NCBI GenBank assembly: GCA_963749495.1
Contig: CAVVMW010000008.1
Span: 224,001 to 288,000 of the forward strand
Length of the DNA: 64,000 nt
Reading direction: 5' to 3'
Source of the DNA: an uncultured bacterium
Lineage (GTDB): Bacteria > Verrucomicrobiota > Verrucomicrobiia > Limisphaerales > UBA8199
Below are positions 31,579-41,317 of this stretch, piece after piece. Within the stretch, counting starts at the first letter, position 1. Every line of letters begins with the position of its first letter. The position numbers and the translations under genes were made by a program. The notes under the pieces are model-generated. The model made no database searches. It was not told the DNA's origin and was given only the letters and a program-made list of their open reading frames with translations.

Positions 31579-32149
31579 ACCTTCGCTGGTATGTCCCCAT
31601 CAACTGCGCCTCGGCCAGGATGTGTTTGGCCATGGCGCGCTCAACGTCCTTTTTGGCAGCGCCGGGCTTGAGTTCGAGGGGTTTGTCCAGGGCGTAAAGC
31701 TTGAAGAAGTAGCGGTGCGGTTTGCCGGGCGGGGGGCAAGGGCCGCCGTAGCCCAGCTTATGGAAATCATTAAGACCCTGCCTGCCGCCGCCCGGGAGGG
31801 TCTGCGTCTTGGGCGCGTCTTCGGCCAACTCGGTGATGCCCGGCGGCAGGTCGTAGAGCACCCAATGCACCCAGGTGCCAACCGGGGCATCCGGGTCGTC
31901 CGCAATCAAGGCCAGGCTCTTGGCGGCGGCCGGCACGCCGCCCCATTGGAGCGGCGGAGAGACGTCCTTGCCCTCGCAGGTGTGTTTGGCTGGAATCGGC
32001 GCTCCATTGGTGAACGCAGTGCTGGTGAGTTGCATGTTGACCTTTCCTTTTGTTTGCGCCGCGCCCAAACCCGCCAGGACCTGTCCGAGGACCAAATAGC
32101 CAATCGCCCCGGCTGCCAGCGCGCGCGCGGCCCGACCCGGTTTGTTCAT
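31577..32149 (-). CDS. YbhB/YbcL (PEBP/Raf kinase inhibitor-like) protein
   Basis: SPPLQW, DDPDAP, WVHW, GYGGPCPP, HRYFF. Confidence 0.93.
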   Translation of the reverse strand: MNKPGRAARALAAGAIGYLVLGQVLAGLGAAQTKGKVNMQLTSTAFTNGAPIPAKHTCEGKDVSPPLQWGGVPAAAKSLALIADDPDAPVGTWVHWVLYDLPPGITELAEDAPKTQTLPGGGRQGLNDFHKLGYGGPCPPPGKPHRYFFKLYALDKPLELKPGAAKKDVERAMAKHILAEAQLMGTYQRR

Positions 32150-32208
32150 GGAGTGAACTTATCCCAAACCGGCGCGCGGGACAAGAGGGGATTCGGGGAG
32201 GGGGCGGC

Positions 32209-32243
32209 AATGACGAATGACGAATGGCGAATGACGAATGACG
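32209..32243. repeat. (AATGACG)5 heptamer array
   Basis: Directly visible. Confidence 0.9.
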
Positions 32244-32303
32244 ATGCTCAAACTGCCGTCAGCCCCCTTGCCATAGGGCGGTATTTGCCGGATACTGCGC
32301 CCT

Positions 32304-33218
32304 GTGCAGTTGACCGTTGCCCAGCTCACCGACCGCCTGATGGCCTCCTACGCAGGCTCCGGCGGCATCAACCACCTGGACGGCAAGAACCTCCCGTCCA
32401 AACGGGCCGTCGCGCGCCTCACGACGGACCTGCTCCGGCTGCTGTTTCCGGGGTTTTTCGACCAGGAGCCGGTCCACTCCTCGAAGATTAGGACTGAGAC
32501 CTCGACGCTGGTGGAGTCGGTGTTGGTCAGCCTGGAGGAGGAGATCCGCAAGAGCCTGGAATACAGTCCGCCGCCCGGGTTGGCCCCCGGGGAGGTGCGT
32601 TCGAGGGCGCACAGTTTGACGGTCGAGTTCCTGGCGGGCATGCCCCAGGTGCGGGAGTTGCTGCAGACGGACACCGAGGCGGCCTATAACGGGGACCCGG
32701 CGGCGTTGAGCAAGGAGGAGGTGATTGTGGCCTATCCCTTCATCGAGGCCATCGCGGTGCAGCGGCTGGCGCACGCGTTGTATTTGCGGCACGTGCCGCT
32801 CATCCCGCGCATCATGACCGAGTGGGCCCACATGCACACGGGTATGGACCTGCACCCCGGCGCCCGAATCGGCTCCCACTTCTTTGTGGACCACTGCACC
32901 GGCACCGTCGTGGGCGAGACCACCGAGATCGGCAGTCATGTCAAGATGTACCAAGGCGTCGGCCTGGTCGCCCGGTCGCTCTCGGCGGGCCGGAAACTGC
33001 GCGGCCAGAAGCGCCACCCCACCATCCAGGACCGCGTGACCATCTATGCCGGCGCCACCATTATGGGCGGCGACACCGTCGTGGGCGAGGGGAGCACGAT
33101 CGGCGCCAACGTCTTCCTGACCCGCAGCGTCCCACCCCATTCGCTCGTGGTCCAGGAAGCCGCCAACGTCAAGGTCATGAGCAAAAAGGGGCGCCAAGGC
33201 AAGCCGGCCCGGGCCTGA
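32304..33218 (+). CDS. cysE: Serine O-acetyltransferase
   Basis: GDPAA..EVIVAYP, GMDLHPGARIG, VDHCTGTVVGET, YQGV, KRHPTI. Confidence 0.9.
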   Translation: MQLTVAQLTDRLMASYAGSGGINHLDGKNLPSKRAVARLTTDLLRLLFPGFFDQEPVHSSKIRTETSTLVESVLVSLEEEIRKSLEYSPPPGLAPGEVRSRAHSLTVEFLAGMPQVRELLQTDTEAAYNGDPAALSKEEVIVAYPFIEAIAVQRLAHALYLRHVPLIPRIMTEWAHMHTGMDLHPGARIGSHFFVDHCTGTVVGETTEIGSHVKMYQGVGLVARSLSAGRKLRGQKRHPTIQDRVTIYAGATIMGGDTVVGEGSTIGANVFLTRSVPPHSLVVQEAANVKVMSKKGRQGKPARA

Positions 33219-33288
33219 CTTTAAGATTGCGGAAGCGCGCGAAAGTGGTTAGAGTCAAGAAAAAGCCGCACGCGAAAGGACCACGAGT

Positions 33289-35355
33289 ATGTATTTCGGC
33301 GTCGATTACCATCCGGAACAGTGGGTTCACCCTTACGCCGGGACAGCGGAGCAGCCCGAGGCGGCCTGGGAACGAGACGCGGAGATGATGTTGAAGGCGG
33401 GCATCAACGTGGCGCGGATGGGGGAATTCACCTGGGGCCTTTGCGAGCCTGAGGAGGAGCATTTCGATTTTTCGTGGATGCAACGGGTAATGGACATCCT
33501 GGGCAAGGCGGGCATCAGCGTGGTGCTGGCCACGCCCACGGCGGCGCCGCCGATCTGGCTGGCCCGGCAACATCCCGAGATCCTGCCCATTGACGAATAC
33601 GGCCTGGTCAAGCACGAGGGGACCCGGCGGGCGGTCTGCCTCAACAGCGACGTATTCTGGAAACGCTCCCAGCGGGTGGTCCAGAAGATGGCCCAGGAGC
33701 TGGGCGGGCATCCGCACCTGATCGCCTGGCAAATTGACAACAGCCTGGGCGGCAACTTCACCGAGGCCTCGTTCAACGAGGATACGCGCCACGACTGGCA
33801 TGCCTGGCTGGAGGCCAAGTACGAGACGATCGACCGGCTCAACTACTGCATGGGGCTGCGCCACTGGGGCCAGGTGGCCAGGAATTGGGACGATGTGCCT
33901 ATGCCGATGGCCGCGCCGACCTTCCACAACCCCGCCCTGGTGCTGGACTGGTGCCGGTTCTGCAGCGACACGATCGTGCAGTTTGTCCGGATGCAGGCCG
34001 ACATCCTGCACGAGTTGAGCCCCAAGTGCCCGGTCACGACCAATTTGCGCCCGCTCCTGCACCGCTTCGATCACTTCGATCTGGCCGAGGTCATCGATTT
34101 CGTGTCCATCGAGAGCACCGCCGCGATCCGCCCCAAGGCCTCCGAGCTGGCTTGCGAGATCAACATGCTCCGCTCGCTCAAGAAGACCGGCATCCGCACC
34201 CCGGACGGCGACACCGGTTTTTGGGTCATCGAGCAGAAGGCGGGCAACGTCTCGTGGCAGGATGTCAATTCGCTGGTCCGGCCCGGCGTGCTGCGGATGT
34301 TCACCTACCAACTGGTCTCGCGCGGCGCATCGGCCATCCTGTTCTTCCGCTGGCGCCAGCCGCGCTTTGGGACCGAGAAATTCCACGGCGCGGTCCTGCC
34401 CCACACCGGGCGCGCGGACACCCGGATCTTCAGGGAAGTGGCACAGCTCGGGGACGAGATGAAACTGCTGGGCCCGTCGCTGCGGGGCACGCGCGTGCAA
34501 GCCGAGGCCGCCGTCCTTTACACCCACGACAACGAGTGGGCCCTGCAGCAGCCCAACCAGCCCAACAAGCATTTCAGCCTCCGCGAACACATCCAGCTCT
34601 TCTACAATGCCTTGCACGACCGCAATATCACGGTCGATTTCGCGCGCCCGACCGAGGACCTTTCCTCCTACAAACTGGTGTTTGCACCGTCGCTCCACCT
34701 GCTCTCGGGCGGCGAGGCCGACCGGCTCAAGCTCTATGTCCAAAACGGCGGCACCCTCATCGCCACCTTCAACACCGGCCTGGTGGACGAGCACAACTTG
34801 GCCCCGGACACCGGCTACCCGCACGACCTGACCGACGTGTTCGGGCTGGAGGTCGTCGAGTTCGACCAGTTGCCGCCGGGCGAAGAGAATCACCTCACCT
34901 TCAAAGGCACCTTCCCGACCAGCCACCTGCACCCCGCCCGCCTCTGGTGCAACCTCATCGAGCCCAGAGAATGCCAGGTCATTGCCACCTATGCCAAGGA
35001 CTTCTATGCCGGCCGCCCGGCCATGACCATGAACTCCTTCGGCCTGGGCAAGGCCATCTATATTGGCACCCAAAGCCACCAGCATTTTTACAGCGACTTC
35101 ATCCTGTGGCTGCGCCAACTCTGCAATCTGCACCCGCTCCTCAAGGTGCCCGAGACGGTCGAGGTCAGCATGCGCGAGCGCGAGGATACCCGCGTGTTCT
35201 TCCTCCTCAACCACCAGACCTCGCCCTTGCGCATCCAGTTCTACAAGCCCATGCACGATTTCCTCACCGGCAGCACCTTCTCCGGCAACTACGACCTCCA
35301 GCCCCACGGCGTCCTGGTCCTGGACGAGCACCAGGCCAAAGGACAAGCCCAATAG
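33289..35355 (+). CDS. GH42 beta-galactosidase-like protein
   Basis: GVDYHPEQW, GEFTW..EP, LATPTAAPP.W, TTN, FWVIEQ, FFRWR, EKFHG and a trimerisation domain. The acid/base NE site reads NS. Confidence 0.88.
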   Translation: MYFGVDYHPEQWVHPYAGTAEQPEAAWERDAEMMLKAGINVARMGEFTWGLCEPEEEHFDFSWMQRVMDILGKAGISVVLATPTAAPPIWLARQHPEILPIDEYGLVKHEGTRRAVCLNSDVFWKRSQRVVQKMAQELGGHPHLIAWQIDNSLGGNFTEASFNEDTRHDWHAWLEAKYETIDRLNYCMGLRHWGQVARNWDDVPMPMAAPTFHNPALVLDWCRFCSDTIVQFVRMQADILHELSPKCPVTTNLRPLLHRFDHFDLAEVIDFVSIESTAAIRPKASELACEINMLRSLKKTGIRTPDGDTGFWVIEQKAGNVSWQDVNSLVRPGVLRMFTYQLVSRGASAILFFRWRQPRFGTEKFHGAVLPHTGRADTRIFREVAQLGDEMKLLGPSLRGTRVQAEAAVLYTHDNEWALQQPNQPNKHFSLREHIQLFYNALHDRNITVDFARPTEDLSSYKLVFAPSLHLLSGGEADRLKLYVQNGGTLIATFNTGLVDEHNLAPDTGYPHDLTDVFGLEVVEFDQLPPGEENHLTFKGTFPTSHLHPARLWCNLIEPRECQVIATYAKDFYAGRPAMTMNSFGLGKAIYIGTQSHQHFYSDFILWLRQLCNLHPLLKVPETVEVSMREREDTRVFFLLNHQTSPLRIQFYKPMHDFLTGSTFSGNYDLQPHGVLVLDEHQAKGQAQ

Positions 35356-35370
35356 GGGGCCCGCGCCCCG

Positions 35371-35781
35371 ATGCTCCCCCCTCCCCCCAGGCACATCCCA
35401 CCTCTGGGACCCGGAAAGCGCAGCGCGCGCCAGCGCGTGCTCGCCCAATGGCGCGGGCTCGACACCGCGCCCATCGAGAAGGGGCAGGCCCTGCGCGCCC
35501 GAAGCCTGGGCGACCTCCTGCCCAAGGTCATCGCCAGCGTGCGCCTGGACCGGCGCCGCACGGACGTCGAGGTGACAAAGGTCTGGAACAGCCTGCTCGA
35601 CCCGAATATCGCGGCGCACGCGCAGCCCACGGGCCTGCACAAAGGCACCCTGTTTGTCACCGTGGACAGCAGTGTCTGGTTGAGCGAGATCGTGCGCTAT
35701 CGCCGCAGGGAGATCCTCGAGCGCCTCCAACACAGCTTTGGCGGAGAGTTGATCAAGAGAATCTCCTTCCGCGTGGGGTGA
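35371..35781 (+). CDS. DUF721 / DciA-like protein
   Basis: VWNSLLDPNIAAHAQP..GTLFVTVDSSVWLSEI..IKRISFR. Confidence 0.8.
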   Translation: MLPPPPRHIPPLGPGKRSARQRVLAQWRGLDTAPIEKGQALRARSLGDLLPKVIASVRLDRRRTDVEVTKVWNSLLDPNIAAHAQPTGLHKGTLFVTVDSSVWLSEIVRYRRREILERLQHSFGGELIKRISFRVG

Positions 35782-36016
35782 CGAGGAAGTGCGGAGTGCG
35801 GAGTGGAGCAGGTTCGGAGCCTTGGGAGAAGGGTTCGCAGGACAGAGGTGGGAGGACAGAGGGCGGAGGACGGAGGACGGAAGTCGGAGGAGGCACAGGC
35901 AGAGGACGGCGCTTGGCGAGGCATTCCGCACTCCGTCCTCGCTCCCCAACGTCCTGCTCCGTCATTCGTCATTCGTCATTCGTCATTCCGCATTCCGCAC
36001 TCCGCATTCCGCACTC
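35782..36016. repeat. Intergenic copy of the palindromic heptamer cassette
   Basis: Shares unique linkers with 25323-25562 and adds (TCATTCG)n/(TCCGCAC)n. Confidence 0.85.
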
Positions 36017-36065
36017 TTTTGTCTTGCTGGCGGGCGGGTCTTGCTTGGAGAATGGTCCCCTCTCG

Positions 36066-37058
36066 ATGACAAAAGCACTGCTCTTAGGGTTGGGCCGATG
36101 GGGTGTGAACCACCTGCGGAATCTCAAGGTCATGCCGGTGGAGCTCTACGTGGCGGAGGTGGACTCCAAGCGTCTGGAGCCGGCGCGCAAGCTGGGCGTG
36201 CCGGAAACGCATTTGACAGCCGACTACCGCGAGGTGGCGGGGAAGGTGGACTGCGTGGTGGTGGTCACGCCGGCGCAGACCCATTTTCCGATCTGCCTCG
36301 AGTTGCTCGAGGCGGGCAAGGACGTGTTCGTCGAGAAACCGATCACGCTGGTTTCGGCGGAGGCCCGGCAACTGGCCGAACTGGCGGGGGCGCGCGGGCG
36401 CATCCTCCAGGTGGGCCATATTTTCCGGTTTGACCCGGCCTCGCAGTGGCTGCGCCAGGCCATCGGGTCCGGACAGTTTGGCCGGGTGCGGCTGCTGCGC
36501 AGCAATTTCAGCGGCTTCAAACGCCCGCGCAACGACAGCGGTGTGATGTTCGCCGACGCCATCCATTTCGTGGACCTGTTCAACTACTTCATGGGCCGGA
36601 CCCCCGAGCGCGTCTTCGCCGCCGTGCAGGATTTCCTGGGCCGCGGGATGGAAGACGCCTCGCTCCTGTCGCTCGAATACCCGGGCAGCCAGGGACCGGT
36701 CTGGGGCACGGTCGAGACCAATTACTTCCTGCCGGGCAAGTTCCGCGAGGTGACCGTCGTCGGCAGCGACTTGAGCGCGGTGTGCGATTACAATGTGGCG
36801 CAATATAAGATTAAGACCTTTGCCAACCGGCACGCCAAAGAGGGCAATGACTTCAAGGCCATCGAGGGCGCCCTCCACCAGGTCGAGAGCCCGCCCGAGG
36901 AACCGCTGCTGGCTGAACTGCGGGCCTTCCTGGACTCGGTCCAGACCCGCAAAGCCCCCCTGGCGGACGGCTGGGCCGGCTATGATGCGGTGCGCGTGCT
37001 GGAGGCGGCCATGGAATCCGCGCAAAAGAGGCGGGTTGTAGAGGTGAAGAAACCCTGA
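36066..37058 (+). CDS. Gfo/Idh/MocA oxidoreductase (sugar-nucleotide dehydrogenase-like)
   Basis: LGLGRWG, VVTPAQTH, VFVEKP, LQVGH, AIHFVD, EEPL; adjacent to a DegT gene. Confidence 0.88.
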   Translation: MTKALLLGLGRWGVNHLRNLKVMPVELYVAEVDSKRLEPARKLGVPETHLTADYREVAGKVDCVVVVTPAQTHFPICLELLEAGKDVFVEKPITLVSAEARQLAELAGARGRILQVGHIFRFDPASQWLRQAIGSGQFGRVRLLRSNFSGFKRPRNDSGVMFADAIHFVDLFNYFMGRTPERVFAAVQDFLGRGMEDASLLSLEYPGSQGPVWGTVETNYFLPGKFREVTVVGSDLSAVCDYNVAQYKIKTFANRHAKEGNDFKAIEGALHQVESPPEEPLLAELRAFLDSVQTRKAPLADGWAGYDAVRVLEAAMESAQKRRVVEVKKP

Positions 37059-37136
37059 AACCCATGTCTGGGTGTGAGACAGAATTCTTCTCGGACCTCT
37101 AGATCGCAACTGTCAGATCCCATCTGGGTCTTCGAT

Positions 37137-37226
37137 CCTTCGTTTCCTTCGTTTCCTTCTGTTTTTTCCTGCATCCCTCCGGCCGGGCACAGGAACAGAA
37201 CAGAAGGAAACCAAGGAAACGAAGAG
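37137..37226. repeat. Inverted 9-mer arrays (CCTTCGTTT)n ... (AAGGAAACN)n
   Basis: Directly visible. Confidence 0.8.
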
Positions 37227-37419
37227 GCGGCCTGATGCGGCGGCATCGCCCGGGTCCGTGCCGGTTCGTATCTGGCTGCCTGGATACTCTTTGTGACGAA
37301 AGCCTAGCAAAACCCATGTTGTGAGGATTCTTGTCCTACGCCCCCCCGTGTCTATCGGTGTTCATCGGTGGTTGCAAAACCCGGGCGGCCCGATTTAGGA
37401 TGTTCTCCGAATTTGGCAA

Positions 37420-38508
37420 ATGCAAAAAATCCCATTATCCAAGTGTTTCGTAAACGCGGAGGTCGAGGAGGCGGCCTTGCGCGCGCTTCGCTCGGGCCAG
37501 TATATCCTGGGCAAGGAATCGCAGGCCTTCGAGGCGGAACTGGCCGCCTACACCGGCACGCGGCAGTGCGTGCTGGGGTCCTCCTGGACGCTGATTGTCT
37601 ATCTGCTGCACCAATTGCAGGGGGTTGGCCCCGGCGACGAGATCATCGTGCCGAGCCACACCGCCTTCCCGACGATGGAACCGCTCATCCACCTGGGCGC
37701 GCGCCCGGTGTTCGTGGATGTCGACGACACTTACGTGATGGACCTGGACCAGGTCGAGGCGGCCATCACCCCGCGCACAGTCGGCGTCATCCCGGTCTAT
37801 CTCTACGGCCACCCCGTGGACGTGGACCGCCTGCTGGCCATCGCCTCACGGCATCACCTGTGGGTCATCGAGGACTGTGCCCAGGCCCAGGGCGCCCGCT
37901 ACAAGGGCAAGACCGTCGGCGGCCTGGCAGATTTCGGGGCATTCAGCTTTTTCCCCTCGAAGAACCTGACGGTGCTTGGGGACGGCGGCTGCGTGGCCAC
38001 CAACAACAATCAGATGGCCGAACGGCTGCGGATGCTGCGCAACCACGGACGCCAGGGCAAATACGACCACGAGTTCGCGGGTTACAACGTGCGCTTCAAC
38101 GAGATCAACGCCGCCATCGGGCGCGTCATGCTCAAGCACCTGGACGCCTTCAACGAGAACCGGCGCAAGATTGCCGCCCGCTACAACGAGCGCCTCAAGG
38201 GCATCGTGCAGACGCCCCCCGAGCGCGAGTGGGCACAGGCCGTGTATCACATGTACGTCGTCCGTTGCGACCGCCGCGACAACCTCCAGAAATTCCTCAA
38301 GGAACACAACATCGAGACCGGCATCCATTACCCCAAACCCAATCACTTGCAGCCCGCCGTCACCGGCCGCTTCCCCTATGTGCCCCGCCTGCCGCGCACC
38401 GAGCAAATCGTCAAAGAAATCCTCTCCCTGCCCATCCACGGCCAGATGGGCCTGGACGCCGCCAACCTGGTCTGCGACACCCTCGCGCAGTTTTACGGCA
38501 AGAAATAG
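37420..38508 (+). CDS. DegT/DnrJ/EryC1/StrS PLP-dependent aminotransferase
   Basis: IEDCAQAQGA, FSFFPSKNL, GDGG, GYN.R, GIHYP, LSLP. Confidence 0.95.
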   Translation: MQKIPLSKCFVNAEVEEAALRALRSGQYILGKESQAFEAELAAYTGTRQCVLGSSWTLIVYLLHQLQGVGPGDEIIVPSHTAFPTMEPLIHLGARPVFVDVDDTYVMDLDQVEAAITPRTVGVIPVYLYGHPVDVDRLLAIASRHHLWVIEDCAQAQGARYKGKTVGGLADFGAFSFFPSKNLTVLGDGGCVATNNNQMAERLRMLRNHGRQGKYDHEFAGYNVRFNEINAAIGRVMLKHLDAFNENRRKIAARYNERLKGIVQTPPEREWAQAVYHMYVVRCDRRDNLQKFLKEHNIETGIHYPKPNHLQPAVTGRFPYVPRLPRTEQIVKEILSLPIHGQMGLDAANLVCDTLAQFYGKK

Positions 38509-38556
38509 CGCCGGGCCGTAATCGGCAGTGAAGGCGCAGACGGAGTGCCGGGCGGA

Positions 38557-38684
38557 CCCCTCACCCCAACCCTCTCCCCTTCCGAAGGGGAGAGGGCGGA
38601 GCGTCGGCAGCCTCTCGAACTTCCGGGCGTCTCCGGTTCCTCGAGCCGCTAGCGAGAATTCTCCCTCTCCCCTTCCGACGGGGG
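38557..38684. repeat. CCCTCTCCCC..GGGGAGAGGG palindromic REP pair; second arm truncated
   Basis: 38557-38596 is complete; 38661-38684 breaks off where the transposase-downstream sequence begins. Confidence 0.75.
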
Positions 38685-38711
38685 TATCATTACGAACAAC
38701 GGTTGGACAGG

Positions 38712-39840
38712 TCAGTTGAGCCTGACGGGGGGGTTGATTTTTGCGAGCGGTGCCGCGAACCGATCCGGCCAGAAATCCAGCAGTTTGTCGATGAAGTGGG
38801 CTTCGCGCAGGAGCCGTTTGGGCAGGCGACCGCAGGGTTCCGGGCGTTGGTCTTGACGCCACCGATGGAATCCGCCTTGGGGCATGGAGAGATCCGCGAA
38901 CTTGTTGGCGAGTCGATCCAACCCACCCCCCAGGACCTGTTGCAGGTAAGATTCCTGGCGCAGGTTGGGCACCAACATAAACTCCGCCGGCAGGGCCTGA
39001 AAGTCCCGGGTCAAGTGGCTGCGGCCGTGAATCTGGCGGCACATCCGTTTGCCCTGAGTCCAGTGGGTTTCCAGGGCATTAGTGGTACGCAAGGGCAGCC
39101 CGCCGCCCTCGCCGGCCCCCTCCGGCAAGCCCAAACACGTCCAATACCGATCCAGATGGGTTAAGACAATGCGCCCTAGTTTTCGGTCTTGGGCCGGCAA
39201 ATCCTCCTGCGCCGAAAGCTTTTGGAGTTCCTCCCGCAAGCTCTCCAAGTCACTGCGCACGGCGCGCGCCTCGGGAGCCGCCAAGGCATAGGCCTCCCGC
39301 AAGGGGCGTGGGCCGGTGGCCGAAAGTCGCAAGACGGCTCGAAACCGCTCGAACATCGTGTAAGCTTTTTCAAACAACGCCGCACTCTGCCGGACCTGTG
39401 GGTCGGCCAAGTAATCGCTTAAGAGTTGCCGGAAGTTGCGCAGGGCCAAAGGGGCTATGGCCCAGAGCTTGGGTTGCGCCCGCAGGGCCTCCAGTGCCCC
39501 GGCCACCTGGACGATGCGTCAATGGTAATAGAGCAAATGCGGATCGAAGGGAAATCCCTGGCGGTGTCCCTCGCTGACATAATCCAGGATCCACAAGTGA
39601 CACGCCAGCAGGATCTCCCGGCCCAAGGTGGGCGAGCCTGCGTGGGGCAGCGCTTGGCCAGCCCACAAGGCTTGGAGCACCGGCGAAACCTCTTTTCCTC
39701 GCGTTTGGGCCTGCAATTGTTCGGTTTGGCTGCGCCGTTGTTCTTTGAGGCGCCCTTGCAGCCGCAGAGCCTGCAAGCGCTTGAACAGGGCCGCTTGCGG
39801 AGCTTGGTAGAGGTCCCGCCCCACGTCGCAACCCAGATGC
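38712..39840 (-). pseudogene. 5'-truncated putative transposase (unclassified), with an in-frame TGA at 39519-39521
   Basis: ORFs 39519..39851 and 38712..39506 share a frame; motifs GFPFD and PLRTTNALE (RTNNxxE-like DDE end). Abrupt junction near 39840. Confidence 0.6.
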
Positions 39841-41317
39841 CTGAGCCTCAACCTCCAGCGCCTCAGTGCCGACTGGCTGGAACACTACGGCCACCCCATC
39901 GCCTTGGTCGAAACCTATGTGGACCCCAAACGGTTCGAAGGCACCTGTTATCGTGCCGCCAATTGGTTTGAAATCGGCGTGACCAAAGGCTGGGGACGCT
40001 CCCGCCTGGATTTCTATCAACTCCACCAGCAGCCCAAAGCCATCTTCGTGTATCCGCTGGTCCGCAACGCCCGCCAGATCCTCTCGGCTCCGCTCATGCC
40101 GGCAGCTTGGGCGCCCTATCGCCGAGAGCCCCGCCTCAGGAATATCCTTTGAGCGGAAAACAAACCCAAAGCTTGCTCCACGCCCTGGCCCCACTCCACG
40201 ACCCCCGCCGCTACCGGGGTTGGCGCCATCGCCGCGTCGCCTCCATTGTGGCCATTGCTGCCGCCGCGATGATTGCGGGCAACAACTCCCTGATCAATAT
40301 CGGCGAGTTCTCCCAGTCCCTCAACCAAAACCAACTCCGCAGCCTGCGCGCCTGCCGTTGCCGCAAGACCCGCAAGTTCATCCCTCCCAGCGAAACGACC
40401 ATCCGCCGAATCCTCCAGCGCCTGGACCCGACAGAATTGGACAGGCTGATCAACGATTGGCTGCGCTCCCACCTCAAGAACGCGGGCATCGCCGCACTGG
40501 CCGTCAATGGCAAATGTGCCCGCACCGCCGCCAAAATCAACGGACAAGGCATCCAACTCTTCGGCGCCCTGGACACCCAAACCCAACTCTTTTGCCGCCA
40601 AATCCAAATCCCGGCCAAGACCAATGAAATACCCACCCTCAAGGACCTGCTCCGGGACTTGGACCTGCGCGGCACCTTGGTCAGCGCCGACGCGCTCAAT
40701 ACTCAGACCGCCACCGCCGACCATGTGGTCGAGGAAAAAAAGGCCGACTACCTCCTGGTCGTCAAAGCCAATCAACCCAAGCTCTTCGACAAACTGGCCC
40801 GCCTGTCTCACGCGCCGAAAGGCGTTTTTTCCCCCTGAGCACATCACGATTGACCAAGGCCATGGACGGCATGAAACCCGCGAGGTCTGGCCCTTTGAAG
40901 TCACACCCCGAACAGTGCGGCTTCCCACACGCCCTCCAAGCCGCCGTCATCGTGCGCACTACTCACCATCTCAAAGCCGTTCGCGTTACCGAAGAGGCCG
41001 AACTGGTCTTGAGCAGCCGCCCCAATGCGCAGATGGATGCGGCGCAATTGCAGGCCTTTCGCCGTGGCCATTGGAGCATCGAGTCGGTCCACTACGTGCG
41101 CGATGTCACTTTCGGCGAAGATGCTTGCACCGTCCGCACCGGCCACGGCCCGCAAAACCTGGGTGCCTTGCGCAACCTGGTCATCGGCCTCTGTGCCCTG
41201 GATGCTGCCCGCCAGCACAAAGCCACCTCCTATCTGCCACGCTTTCGCTGTGCCGCCAGGAACAATCGCCGCTTGGCCATCAACCTGGTCGGTCGTCCTC
41301 TGCTCAATAACACCTGA
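39841..41317 (+). mobile_element. ISAs1-like transposase with an N-terminal DUF4338 fragment (frameshifted, 5'-truncated)
   Basis: LSADW..YGHP..VETYVD..GTCYRAANW..G.TKG (DUF4338), then DPRR, PSETTIRR, AV(N)GK, KTNEIP, ADALNTQ, VKANQP, HGRHETR, RGHWSIE..HYVRDVTFGED (ISAs1). Confidence 0.85.

Noticed and set aside
33175..37058. Long alternative ORFs 33885..37058 (+) and 33175..35949 (-), and similar ones such as 10231..11973 and 54281..56071
   Set aside because: Shadow frames of real genes in high-GC DNA. The 33885 ORF only becomes real coding sequence at ATG 36066.
6690..39521. Selenocysteine or TGA recoding at the in-frame TGAs (6690, 39519)
   Set aside because: TGA is the normal stop throughout the window, neither site is a Cys-type position, and both fit the C[G>A]A pattern.
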